A stretch of DNA of 64,000 bases from assembly GCA_010015585.1 (NCBI GenBank), contig ML975170.1; one strand, 5' to 3'. This stretch comes from Eremomyces bilateralis CBS 781.70. Taxonomy: Eukaryota. Positions within the stretch are counted from its first letter, which is position 1. Every line of letters begins with the position of its first letter. Positions 51,517 to 63,375 of this stretch are shown one piece after another. Below the pieces are notes generated by a model. That model was not told the DNA's origin. It ran no database searches and saw only the letters and a list, made by a program, of their open reading frames with translations. Made by a program: the position numbers and the translations under genes.

Positions 51517-52083
51517 CTATGCCTTCTTCTTCGCCCCGGGCCCCAACTTCGGTTGCCCAATATTCTCCCCCCGCAGATGCACGCCCAGCACGCGCTCCAT
51601 GTTCCCGATGATCTTCTGGTCGGGCGGCGCCGTGCCCCGCTCGTACTCCGCCACCACGGTGGGCGTCTGGTTGATCTTGGTGGCGAAGTCCTTCTGTGTC
51701 ATCGGGTCGCCCTTCTGGTTCTTGAGCTTGCTGCGCGCGTCGCGGATCGCCTGCCCCACCGTGCTACCCACCGTCTTCGGCTTCACGATGTCGTCGGAGC
51801 GGTCGACTTTGGTGAGGTGCTGGCCTTCGCTGGCGGCGCGCTGTGATACACATGTTCCGTTAGTTCATCGCGTCGGGTGCGGAGGGATGCCGATGCGGTG
51901 GCAAATGGGACTCACCGAGTTCGTTCCGCCATATTTCTTCTGGGTGTCGATGGCGGCGCCCTGGCGACGAGCGGCGTTCAGGGCGCTCTCACCGCGGAGG
52001 ACGCGCTCCCGGTCGGTTCCTCCAGAAGCACCGCCGCGGGTCTTGCTGCCGATCTTGGTGACGGTGTCCCAGTCGTCGGACAT
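51517..52083 (-). CDS. MBF1: Multiprotein bridging factor 1
   Basis: [33 protein letters not shown] region [14 protein letters not shown]; one intron. Confidence 0.96.
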
Positions 52084-52841
52084 GGTGGATTCGATATGGA
52101 TGAAAGTGGTTGGTGGAAAGGGAGGTCCGATAAGGATGACAGGTGCTCGTAGAGATTCTGAGTAGCGAATCTACAAGCGGATGTCTGTGGGAAGTAGGGG
52201 AAGCGTAGAGATGACCGATGTATGGGATTGTTCTGTCAGAATTTCGAACTGATGGTTGGTTATTCTGGAATATTAATATGAACAAGGAGCTGAGTCGGTG
52301 GGAGAAAGACGTGGAATGGAGAGGACGTGGCGGGGAGAAGGCGGGTAGATATTCGGGTAAACTGATCGGTGACTGGATTCGACACCTTGCTGAGTCACCA
52401 TCCCCTAACCAGGAAGGAGCGGAGATGAGAGAGAACGAGGAAGGAGCGCATCATGAAATGTGATGAACACATCCCTTTGAAGATATGATAATAATAATTA
52501 GGGCACAGAGACTAGAAGACAAGTCCAATAATAATGTACAGCACCAGACTTCCACATTTCCATATTGCGACCAGCAATTCTCAATTAATTCTCAATCGTG
52601 CATTGAATCAGCTAATCGCCACCCACTGTGGAGTGGGCATTTCTACAGCAGTCTTTTGGAAGGATATTGAGTTGAGGTTACTCTGACACCAGGGGCAATG
52701 GTTTGATCGAGTCCTCGGTCAAAGCACCCGAAACATTGCGCTGCCTATACCCTTGACACTGTCCAACTCCATCTGAGAGAAGAAAATAAGATATGCCGAA
52801 AGTACCGTCCATCGAAACATCCTCCAGATTCCTAGGTGCCC

Positions 52842-53958
52842 TCACGATCCCTCGTCCTCACTCGCACCCCCATCATCCACCTTCTCGCTGCCATTGGTCT
52901 GCGTCGCATCGTTCCCTTCGTTGGCCCCGTTATGGCGGAACACCCTAAGAAATGGTGAGCATGACTCAAGTTCGATGAAAGGGGGATACTTACAGATGTT
53001 GCTCGAAGTATTCTATCAGCTGCGACCAACTACGTCAGTAAGCTCCAGCCAAGGCTGCGGTATGGCCCATGACCAACAAGAATCCACTCACCTTTTGCGG
53101 GCACTTCCCCTTCAGGGTCTCAAGCAGATACTTGGACTTCTGACCATTGTTCCAGACCACGAAACCATACACCTGGTTTTCGCCATTCTTTGTATTCCGC
53201 TGTTCTTCTAGTGTGTCGATGGAAACGATTTCCTTCTCCCAGCTTCCCTTCGGCGGCTCCCACGCCTTTTTCCCCCGGATGACATGTTTAACCTCCGGCG
53301 TTGCCGAGTCCGACTCGCCGCCCACTCGACTTCGCTTCCGTCCACGGCCCCGCCCACTCGACTCTGCGGCGGCTGGCGTGCCGGTTGGCTGTCGCTTTCT
53401 CTTCCCTTTCGTCGCTGGCTCAGGTTTCCCACCGATCAGGTCCCAGTACGCCTGCAGTACAGCCTCAGCGCCTTGGCTATCTCCTGCGTCAGAAGTGATC
53501 CAAGCGGAAGTCTGGAGTGCCTACCGAATATGACGTTCTGGTTCCAGGGTATTCTCGCTCTCATCGTAACCCTTCCATTTCACGTTGTAGACAATTTCTC
53601 CCTACCGACGTGTCAGCGCGGCATCGGGACGATTGTTTGTACAGTACCACCCACCTTTCTTTGTTCATGCCCATGAATTGCTTCAACTTCGTAGCTGTTA
53701 TGCGACAGCATTAGAATGCGCTTTCCCAGTACTGGGTGGATAGTAGGAGGGTACGCACGCATCCTCGTCATCGTCCTCTTCTTCATCCTCCTCATCCTCG
53801 GTGCCTTCGTTGATATCGGCGGGCTTTTTCACGGAGGCTGGGATCTCATCGGATCCATCCGAGACGTTGGACCTTTCGTCGGACGGTGCTGTGAGGCGCG
53901 TTAGCTGCCGCGGAGTTGGAATACTTTGACGCGAGCTCGTTCACTTGCAGGGAGGCAT
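52842..53958 (-). CDS. HP1: Heterochromatin protein 1 (chromo + chromoshadow domains), about 6 introns
   Basis: Reconstructed MPPS..acidic tract..AYEVEAIHGH|..YNVKWKGYDESENTLEPE, basic hinge, WEPPKGSWE..VVWNNG..KCPQK|LIEYFEQHL|VF; stop at 52842-52844. Confidence 0.9.
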
Positions 53959-54531
53959 GGTAGATGCTGATCTCGAAGTAAAACACCCAAAGGACCAAAC
54001 GGGCAACAAGTGAGTGTATGTTATAGACAGCAATGGTCAGTTCATTATGGGCGGTGTAAAATGCGCAAGTGCTGGACGAAACTGGGATGCTCATCGCGAC
54101 TTGGAGAGGTTGGACCTTGGGACTTAGAGGGCGGTGCGATTGATCTGATTGGATCATTGGGACTCTTGGCAGGGTTTTGATTGACGTATTAGCGTCGTCG
54201 CGCCTTAACGTGTGAAATCACGTGCAAACTATGAAGTTTCTATGTGGCTCGTGCTCCAGACGCGACTTCCAGAGTTCCAGTAATCCAGTTCCAAGAATAT
54301 GTGGCTTGTGATGTGGCACACCGCGATTTTCTGAACTACAGTGGCTGTGCATCAGAGGCTCCAATGTCCAAACTTTCGTGAAATCACCTCCATGAGCTCT
54401 CCAACATCCATTTCCCCTTTCCACCGATTTGATACCCTTTGGATGACCTAGACCCCTTCCAAAGCTTCTGCAGTTATAGTTAATCGGCTTTTCTATATCA
54501 TACAAGAACGCTGCGGCGTCCAAGTTCCAAA

Positions 54532-57500
54532 ATGGCGATGCGTAAGTTGCTCCCAGGCCCTGTGCGAGTTAAGATAGCTTAGAGACTAATATCGGCTCGC
54601 AGAACTTGATATGTCAGATGGTATGACCCTATATCGACTCGATCCTCGCTATCGAAAGACTAATTCTGGATTGCACAGCACGGATGATGCAGGATGAGTC
54701 GGGACGGCAATTTATAATCGTTCGAGAGTACGCACACCCAGACTTTATGCACAGCATGCAGGAAACTGACGTATCCAAGCCAAGGGAAAAAGAAGCGACA
54801 ACACGGCATTGAAGCCGTCAAATCACATATCATGGCTGCGCGGACAGTTGCAAACATCGTCAAGAGCTCTTTGGTATGAAGCTACCTGATCGTGGCATTC
54901 TATGGGCAAATGCTAATACACCGGCTCAGGGTCCTCGAGGGCTTGACAAGATCCTTATTTCTCCTGATGGCGATATCACGGTTACGAATGACGGAGCGAC
55001 GATTCTCTCACAAGTTCGTTCGATTATTTCATACCTCCGGATATTGGCGTTGACAAACCCTAGATGGAAATCTCCAACCACGTAGCTAAGCTATTAGTCG
55101 AACTCTCCAAATCCCAAGACGAAGAGATTGGCGACGGTACCACTGGTGTCGTGGTCCTAGCTGGTGCTTTACTGGAACAAGCGGCGGATCTCATCGACAA
55201 GGGCATCCATCCCATCAGAATCGCCGACGGATTTGACGAGGCATGTGAGGTTGCCGTTGCCGAGCTAGACAAGATCAGCGACACCGTGGAGTTTTCGAAA
55301 GATGAAACCGCAAATTTGATGAAGGTGGCCAAGACAAGCCTGGGCAGCAAAATCGTCTCAAAAGCCCACGATCAGTTCGCGAGGATCGCTGTGGATGCCG
55401 TTCTGTCCGTAGCGGATCTGGAGAGAAAGGATGTTGATTTTGAGCTCATCAAGGTCGATGGCAAGGTTGGTGGGGCGCTTGAAGATTCGCTACTGGTTAA
55501 AGGCGTCATCATAGACAAGGACTTCTCGCATCCTCAGATGCCCTCGGAAGTCCGAGATGCAAAGCTCGCCATCCTCACATGTGCCTTCGAGCCACCGAAA
55601 CCCAAGACGAAACACAAGCTCGACATCACCTCGGTGGAAGAGTTCAAACGCCTACAGCAGTACGAACGCACCAAATTCGACGAGATGATCCAACAGATCA
55701 AGGATACCGGGGCGAATGTCGTTATCTGCCAGTGGGGATTCGACGATGAAGCCAACCATCTCCTCCTCACGAACAAGCTTCCGGCTGTGCGATGGGTTGG
55801 TGGCCCGGAAATCGAACTCATCGCCATCGCTACGAATGGCCGAATCGTGCCAAGATTCGAGGATCTCAGTGCCGCAAAGCTAGGAACCGCGGGCGTGGTC
55901 CGAGAAATGTCGTTTGGAACCACAAGAGATAAGATGCTTGTGATTGAAGAATGCGCCAACACCCGAGCGGTCACCGTGTTTGTTCGAGGGAGCAACAAGA
56001 TGGTACATCCACTATCCATCCTTTGTTCACAAACCACAAGCTGACAGACGACTCCGTAGATCATCGACGAAGCCAAGCGATCCTTACATGATGCTCTTTG
56101 CGTCGTGAGGAACTTGGTGAAGGACAGCCGCATCGTCTATGGCGGTGGTGCTGCAGAAATTGCTTGCTCTTTGGCGATTGAAGAAGCCGCGCTGAAGGTA
56201 CCTATCTCCGAGCGATTGCGAGTTCCCCAGTCGTTAACAAATGCGTGCAGACTCCTGGAATTTCTCAATACGCCATGCGCGCCTTCGCCGACGCCCTCGA
56301 CGCGGTGCCGATGGCGCTTGCTGAGAATTCCGGCCTCAGCCCCATCGAGACTCTGGCGTCGATCAAGTCGCGCCAGGTGAAGGAGAAAAATACCAGACTC
56401 GGAGTAGACTGCATGCAGACAGGCAGCAACGGTAAGCTATCCTATTCCATTTTGATTATGATTTTTCCCTTCGCGCTTCCGGCTCGCTTGCGATTGCAAA
56501 ACCAGAATATAGTGCAGGACAAACGATATCGATCATGCTGGATCTATGGTAGATTGCATATCGAGTCGGTTGTCAGCGTCATATTTGGTGCAGTCACGCT
56601 ACGGCGGGACTTTGTCAGAAGTATTCTTCCGATGCGCCTGAACCAATAGCGACCTGCACACGGTATGGTATTCCTCAATTGGCAGTACAGCTGTTGATAT
56701 ATCACACTGTGGCACTGGAATCCCCACGTCCCTAAACTTCACCTCACCGTTTTGGCGAGTGGATCTGGGGTGATTGCAGACAGTCCACTGGATTGCAACA
56801 GTTGGATGTGATGGCTGCAAATCTGTAGCCGCGAAGTGAAAGCGAGTTGAGGTGCGATCGGTGATTCGGCGACCTCGCCTTTCATCAACACGAAGTTGAC
56901 GAATCGGGAAACTTGGCTTGCGTTTTATGCGATCACATTGGCTAACCCTTGAGCAATTAGATATGCGCGAGCATTTCGTTATCGATCCCCTCATCTCGAA
57001 GCGCCAGCAATTGCTTTTGGCCACGCAGCTTTGTCGAATGGTCCTGAAGGTATGTCTATCGTCTCTATTAAGGCTTTTTTGCCGTGTGCCCTTCGTTCTA
57101 TATTCCTTCTATGATCTCTCCCCTCTATTTTTGTACAAATCTTGATCTTCGTCTCCTTGCGTCGTCACACAACAACCCTCAAGGATTGCTTCCCGGAAAC
57201 ACTCATCACACCCTTACTCTCGATTCCAATCTCCTGTTTTCCTACAATGCAAACTTCCCCCCTTGCTTCTTCAATGAAGGCCCTGGCGGGTGTGGTGGTG
57301 TCGCGTCGCCCACGCGTCGTAAAAGCTGCCGTGCGGCCTGGGCGGTGGGAGGCAAGGGATGCGGGGATGCCGGCTTAGCGTCCCCGCCCCCTGTTGGGGG
57401 GACACTGCACCGCCAGTACAACCACACACTCCTTGCATTATCCGAGCGATTGTTCCTTCTGCGTGGGATATTCGGTGTCACGGACTTCGCTAACGAGTAT

Positions 57501-57549
57501 CAAGGTGAACAACGTGATCATTGCAGGAAATGACGAGGACGAGTACTGA
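54532..57549 (+). CDS. CCT5: T-complex protein 1 subunit epsilon
   Basis: [79 protein letters not shown]; about 9 introns, the last two unusually long. Confidence 0.97.
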
Positions 57550-57804
57550 ACGGTTCGGGTCATAGACTGGTGTTCTTTGGGATCATCGTCCTGGCGATAA
57601 AATCCATATTGGCGTGCAACGCGCCGTCAGGGAGGCGAGGCAAATGTTCAGTATCAAAAGACAGCTTAGATGTACACTTGACCGATCCACGCAAAAAGAT
57701 TCTGAATACACGTGTCTTCCTGACCATGCAATCCCATGCTCCATAGAGACATTGCGCGAACGATCCCTAACAATCCGAGAATATGCAGTCCTTCTGTGAA
57801 GCTC

Positions 57805-60800
57805 TCACGTCGTTTTTGTTTTTGTGCTCCCTTTCTTGTATTTTCTGGGGTCTATTCCAGTTGTTAGCATGCTTCCCTGGCGTTGATTCATCGAACGAAC
57901 CTTTTCGCGACATGCGAACCCGATCCCTTGTTCCTCTATTTGAAATCATGAAATGTTAGCTTGAATATCACAATTATAGAAACGCATTAGAACTATAAAG
58001 CAAGGAACCATAACAAGTCGCAAGTATCCGCGCCAAGGTCTGGAACTAGGAATATTCAATAATCCCAGTTTTGGATACCGAGGGTGCTCCACGCATTTTT
58101 TGAATCGTCTTGGTCTTAGTGAATCCCCCCCGTATGCCCTTCCAGATGTTGGATACAAACAGTTACACGGAGCACTCCCCCGGCAATGCAAGGTACTCTG
58201 CCCGCGGTCGTGCTCAACTAACCAAAGCGAAGAATTTGGCGCGCAGCGCAAGGGAGTGTCCTTGTCGAACGTTGCAGTTTTCATTTGAATTTAGCTCGAA
58301 GCACGCTTTGGCTGTACTGTGGTGTTTCGCGCGCCGAAATAAGTTGCTTGCTGAGGCTCTTTGACCTGGTGGGTGGCAGTCTGGCAGTAACAGAGTCTGA
58401 CTGCCAGTCGATCGGTAAGGAGGTTTTGGAACGGTATCGGCGAATATGCTCGGCATGCGACCGCAGCCATATTATAAGCCTGATTCGTGAAGAAGAATCT
58501 CCTCTGGGAGCTCACGACTCAATTGTCCACCCATCAAGGTTCCATTCTGTCTGAGCTACCCCTTCAAACCGCGAGATTTTAGGAGATGGGCTAGACTGAG
58601 GGACTGATGATGGTACTTCCGTATAGTATTCCGCGGTGCAGTTTCAAATCGCACCACTGCAAGTAATACCCCAGATCGACGACGGACCGGATGCCACGTG
58701 CGATGCGGGGATGATGGCCCAGGCCCAACCTCGGGCTTCAAATCCTAGCAGGATGCTGTGTCGATTCGATCATCCCTTGGAGAAACCATCCTTGGTGTCG
58801 CCCGGGATCTTTAACATCGGTATGCCATCTGTAATGGGCGGGAGAAGGCAGATCCGTATCCGCCGCCCAAGGATGGGAGGATTGAAAGAGCACGCGACAT
58901 AAATTGAGTTGAGTCTTCGGAAGCGAGCCGCGAGGATTGCATCGAACCCCAGTTGTCTAGGCGCTCAACTGCGCATGGACAGCTCCCCTCTTCCGAAATA
59001 CGTTCCATTCGTTCGTTGTATTAAGACTGCTCGAGCTCAACCAGGTAGTCCCTTTGTGTTTCGGCTTTCGAGGTAAGGCTGGGCCTGCCTGGCCAAGGCG
59101 GGATGGCGCTCCTCGCAAGTCTTAGGAGTTTACCCGGTCCAGGATTCAACAAGTGTCGAAGAACCTCGGCTGCATGGAAGGTTTCTAGAAGAAAGGATCA
59201 AATGACCATTTAATTGTTGGGCGTCCCCAAAGCTCAATCGGATCCGTGCGTTCGTAAGATGTCTGCAAATCACATGAAGATGGTCCGTTTCGGGATTCGA
59301 TCCCTGGGTCGATAGGTATAACGATTTGACATAGGTACGCTACGATCGTTGACGGACAGGGACCGTATTCTAGCCCTGTAAGCCGAGGTACCCAGCGGAT
59401 CTGGACATCGGAGGAAGAGCGAAAACGGTCGGTCCGCGAGTATGTCTCAGTTGAATGATGCCTTAGGTACGGAGGGTGTGAAGGAGTGGGAGGGGGTTGT
59501 TCCTGATCAATATTGATACGCATCCACTACGGCCAACGCCAAGAATGATACGGCCTGTGTTCTTTATACGCTCCGTTGAACCCGAGCATCCTTGTGGTAT
59601 CGCCAATACGTCCCTCGTCAGTAGACGCCCATGGCCTGTGGATCAGGGGACCAGAGAGTCAAAATAACGCCACGGCGGGGATCATTACGACAGAGATAGT
59701 TCCGTTTTGAAGGAGTACATCATGGCGGGATCCATGATTCAAGATTGAAGGATAAAGAAAACGGGAGCACTTGCCTTCCACCTTCCCAAAAGCCAGTCCC
59801 CCGCTTACTGCCGACCAAATTCCCGTGACAGACGACACAGTCTTCCGTACGATAATTCTGTTCACGAGAGCCTGTTGGTCACGGTCAGTGGTATTGCAAT
59901 CTATTTCCACCAGAGGAGTGGACCATGCGCATGATGCTACAAAGGGAATTTTAAGGCAGTAGTGTAAGCCACTTACAGAATCCACCTAGGAACCGCACTG
60001 TTAGCATGAAGTTATGACCTCCTCTTGAAAGGGAGGAAGAAGAGTCCAATATACGTACAAATCATTCGGTTCGCATGTTCATTCGGGTGGTCAGACACCT
60101 CATCGTGACATTTGTCACACGGAAATACCTTTGAGCAGCACGAGAATCTACTAGTGTAAGCGTGTTGCAGCCCTCATAGGATGCGTTGTATCCGTACCTG
60201 AACCATCGATATGACTTCCCGTAATGTTTGCAACGTCCTCGTCGCGGTAGTTCTTCGCCAGTGACAATTCCTAACTTCTCCTTGGCCCTCCTCGCCACTG
60301 GACCTCTCGACACTCGCACTGCCAGGCCGCTTGTCCTCAACATCTTCACCTCCGGGATTCGAAACGACATATGTTGATGGCAATTCCTACAGTTTGCCAT
60401 CGAACTCTGGCCTCGAACGCTGATCAGTCCTGGTGCTAGAAATGCAGTCGAGCACTCGGAGCAGGTTGGCACAAAATTACTTGGCAGCAGCTCGACGGGA
60501 CTTCCTCCCTCAATATCAAGGTAGCCTGCTCGGACAGAGTTCGAATGCAGAAAGTCTTTCCGCCAACTCAAGTCGATGCTGCTTCCGCACTTCTTACATC
60601 GCTCCGATTTAGCGGCACTCGTGTCCATTGAGCTGTCGCGAAGTTTGATAACATCAATGGAATCTTTGCAACGTTCGCAGCGGATGACGAGGCTTAATGA
60701 TGTCAGCTCAAGCAGTTCGATTCCATGAAGTTCGAGGCCGGGGAAGGAGATCATGATGCCACGCTCGCGAAGCGTACTAGAGGTCCCTTGATCGTTATTG

Positions 60801-63375
60801 TCGGGGTCAGGGGTATCGGATTCGGAGTCGTAGCTGTCAGAGTAGTCGCTGTCGGACTGTTCGTCCCGGAGAACGGACCATTCAGGAGGTCGTGGAATTG
60901 TAATGATATGCTCGCGGTCTTGAATGGGGATGGCTTGCTCAGTGTTTCCTTCAGGCGGCTCGACACTGATAGGTATCCAATCGCCTTCGCTAATCGGTTG
61001 AGGCTTTCGCGACTCGTCTGGCTGTTGTTCCTCAACGGTAGGTATTGCCATCGAATGGATGTTTTGGGCCAGGTAATTCAAGTGATTCATAATAGAGAGG
61101 TCGGGGTTCTGCGTCACCCTCTCGATGAAAGAATTTGCCAAAGAAGCCGCATTTGGATCCGCAAGATCAGAAAGTTCCAGGCGGCAGGGCTGCAAAGGAT
61201 ACAGATGGGGGACAATTAGAGTGATTTTCTTGACACTTTTGAGAGACTCTGGAAGGGCATTGCGACGGCTTGGTTCGATTGGAACAATAAAAGTGACCCC
61301 GTCAGAAAATTTAGAGAATAGGGGAAGACGTCCCATGCGTGCTTCCAGTTGCCGGAGCTCCTGCGTTCGTCTCCTCGACGCATGCTTCAACTGTTCAGGG
61401 GAAAAGGTTGGTTCGGGTGCCAATACTACAACCTCACCAACGTCGGAAATACCAGCAGCTTGCTCAGAAATTGGCAGCTCAGGACTATAAATACCTGGGG
61501 CGGAATAGGATGGGCCGTCGTTCCTTACTCGATTGACGACGAGTTTGAATGTTTCCGCTTTCTTAGCTCCCAGCAGCGACTCCAAGCTTCTGTCGAACGT
61601 GTTCATCAATTGGAGCAACGTTAGTTTCGGACTACCAGCTACCAGTGCATCGAATCCCTTTTCGAGATTGATCTGGAAGCCTCTACCCAATTCCTTGTTC
61701 AGAACGCGAAGATTTGGATGAGAGGTCGTGACAGCAGCGTTCTTTGACCTGTATGTCCCTGGTACATTGAGGCTACACTCCAATGCTTCCAGGTCATAAG
61801 GAAAGTCGGGATCGCTAGGCTGTATGCTAAACATCAGCGTCGTCCCATCTGCTGCTTCCTGCACGGCATCGTCCTGGATCTTAAATCGGCGCTGCAGCTG
61901 GGCAATCTCAAACTCGCGAGGTTCTGTAACCTGCAAGTTCGGGACGGGACGTGTTACTACATTTCTAGGCTGCACTGCACTTGTCTTTTTTCTAGCAGGG
62001 AAAGAAGATGCAGTGTCTTCCGAAGACGTCTGCCCTGCGGCTGAGGTTGCTGCTGTGGAAGATGGACCCCCTTTGACGTTCCCGCCTGTTGATGGCTGGG
62101 GCAGGGTTTCGTGGAGATATGGGCATGATGGTCCCTTTCGGCAACCTATTTGAGAGGGAGCCTGGTCAGTACATAAGCAGTTTAGAGACCATTTCGCGAA
62201 GAAAGTAGTGCTTGCAGAGCAATAGCTCCACTTGTACAGCAGTCAGACAGAGATAGATCTGTCACGGTACACAATGGTTCGCGTGATACTGTTGGAGTCG
62301 GGCTAGGATCCTCGCATATCAACAAGAATACAAACGCGATGTTGGCCCTACACGTGTGTGTTTACCCATCTGTAAGATGATAGAGCAACTGCACACTGAC
62401 GCCTTTCTCAGTCGCCATCCACTCGCTCATTTTCTGTCAGACAGTGAAGTCCCAATGCTCTACAGCCGCAATATCAATGGCCATGACAAAATAGACGCGA
62501 TTGAGTAATGACAGACGATTCATAAAATGACATGCAGGAATCGCAGGGCAACAGGGTCAGAGGATGATCCAGCTTGAGATGATTGGAGGCGCTCTGCATG
62601 TCGACTATTGGAATTGGCACCTCCAAATCGTGACAACAATGAACAAATGAATTTGAAAGACTTACCTCCAGGAGTCCTGTAAAAACGACAGCGGCGCACA
62701 CGACCGGGCGACGCGATTGCCTTGTCGGTTCCGGGGCCTCGATGCGGTGATCTCGTCTGTTCCGGAGGCATCGAGCTATTCTTGCCGCCTTGTCTGGGGG
62801 GTGGTGGTGCAGCAGTCGCCTTCGACAGACCCGGACTCGGGCCGCCACCATCCAGGACCAGATTGGATGTGGCGTCTCGAGATGATCTCGTCGAGCGGGG
62901 CGGGTGAGGCTGGGGCCGCTGGGGGCGCGGGGGTATGACTGACAACTCATCAATCGCTGGGACATAATCCTGGATGTTGCTGCTTGTTGAGCACGGTGTG
63001 CTGAGCAGATGACCTTCGACTGCATGAACGAAAGAATGGGAATAGCATCGGGGGAAGGAGTAGGGCACGAGTAACACTGAGATTGTGTTGGCTTCTCCCT
63101 TCGTCTCTCCAGGAAAAACAAAGGCGAAACGGAAACCCCCAAATGGCATAGGAATATTTCCTTAGTATTGGTGCCTCCAGTACACGGCAAAACTCCGGGG
63201 TCGTGGGGGAGAGTGAAGAAGATGAGCTCGTGATCTTACCTGACGACGACGATGACGATCCTGCTGGTGTAGCTGGTCTTCTGGCTTCCGGGCTTCTGGC
63301 TTCCAACTCGTCCTGACGAGCAGGTCTGCTGGCTGGATTGATGCCTACGGGCTGAGCATCACGAGTCTTATCCAT
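57805..63375 (-). CDS. CCCH + CHY zinc-finger protein (5' end uncertain; alternative ATG at 62771)
   Basis: CRFYRTPG|GCRKGPSCPYLH across intron 62146-62665; PSDPDFPYDL; GRCKHYGKSYRWFR|FSCCSKVFPCDKCHD; MI|CGF|CSREQ; GFWEGG|RGTRDRVRMSRK|DPRKYKK* across introns 57936-59774 and 57852-57900. Confidence 0.85.
57936..59774. ncRNA. Candidate large structured non-coding RNA inside the 1.84-kb CHY intron
   Basis: Many nested 7-10 bp inverted repeats and no convincing ORF; identity and strand not established. Confidence 0.5.

Noticed and set aside
56941..56949. CTAACCCT, a telomerase-template-like string
   Set aside because: It coincides with the branch site (GCTAAC) just upstream of the CCT5 3' splice site, which explains it.
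57936..59774. Group I intron or RNase P/MRP identity for the large intron
   Set aside because: The ends are spliceosomal, and only isolated partial matches were seen (ACCGCAGCC; CTCGGCTTAC on minus) without the partner core motifs.
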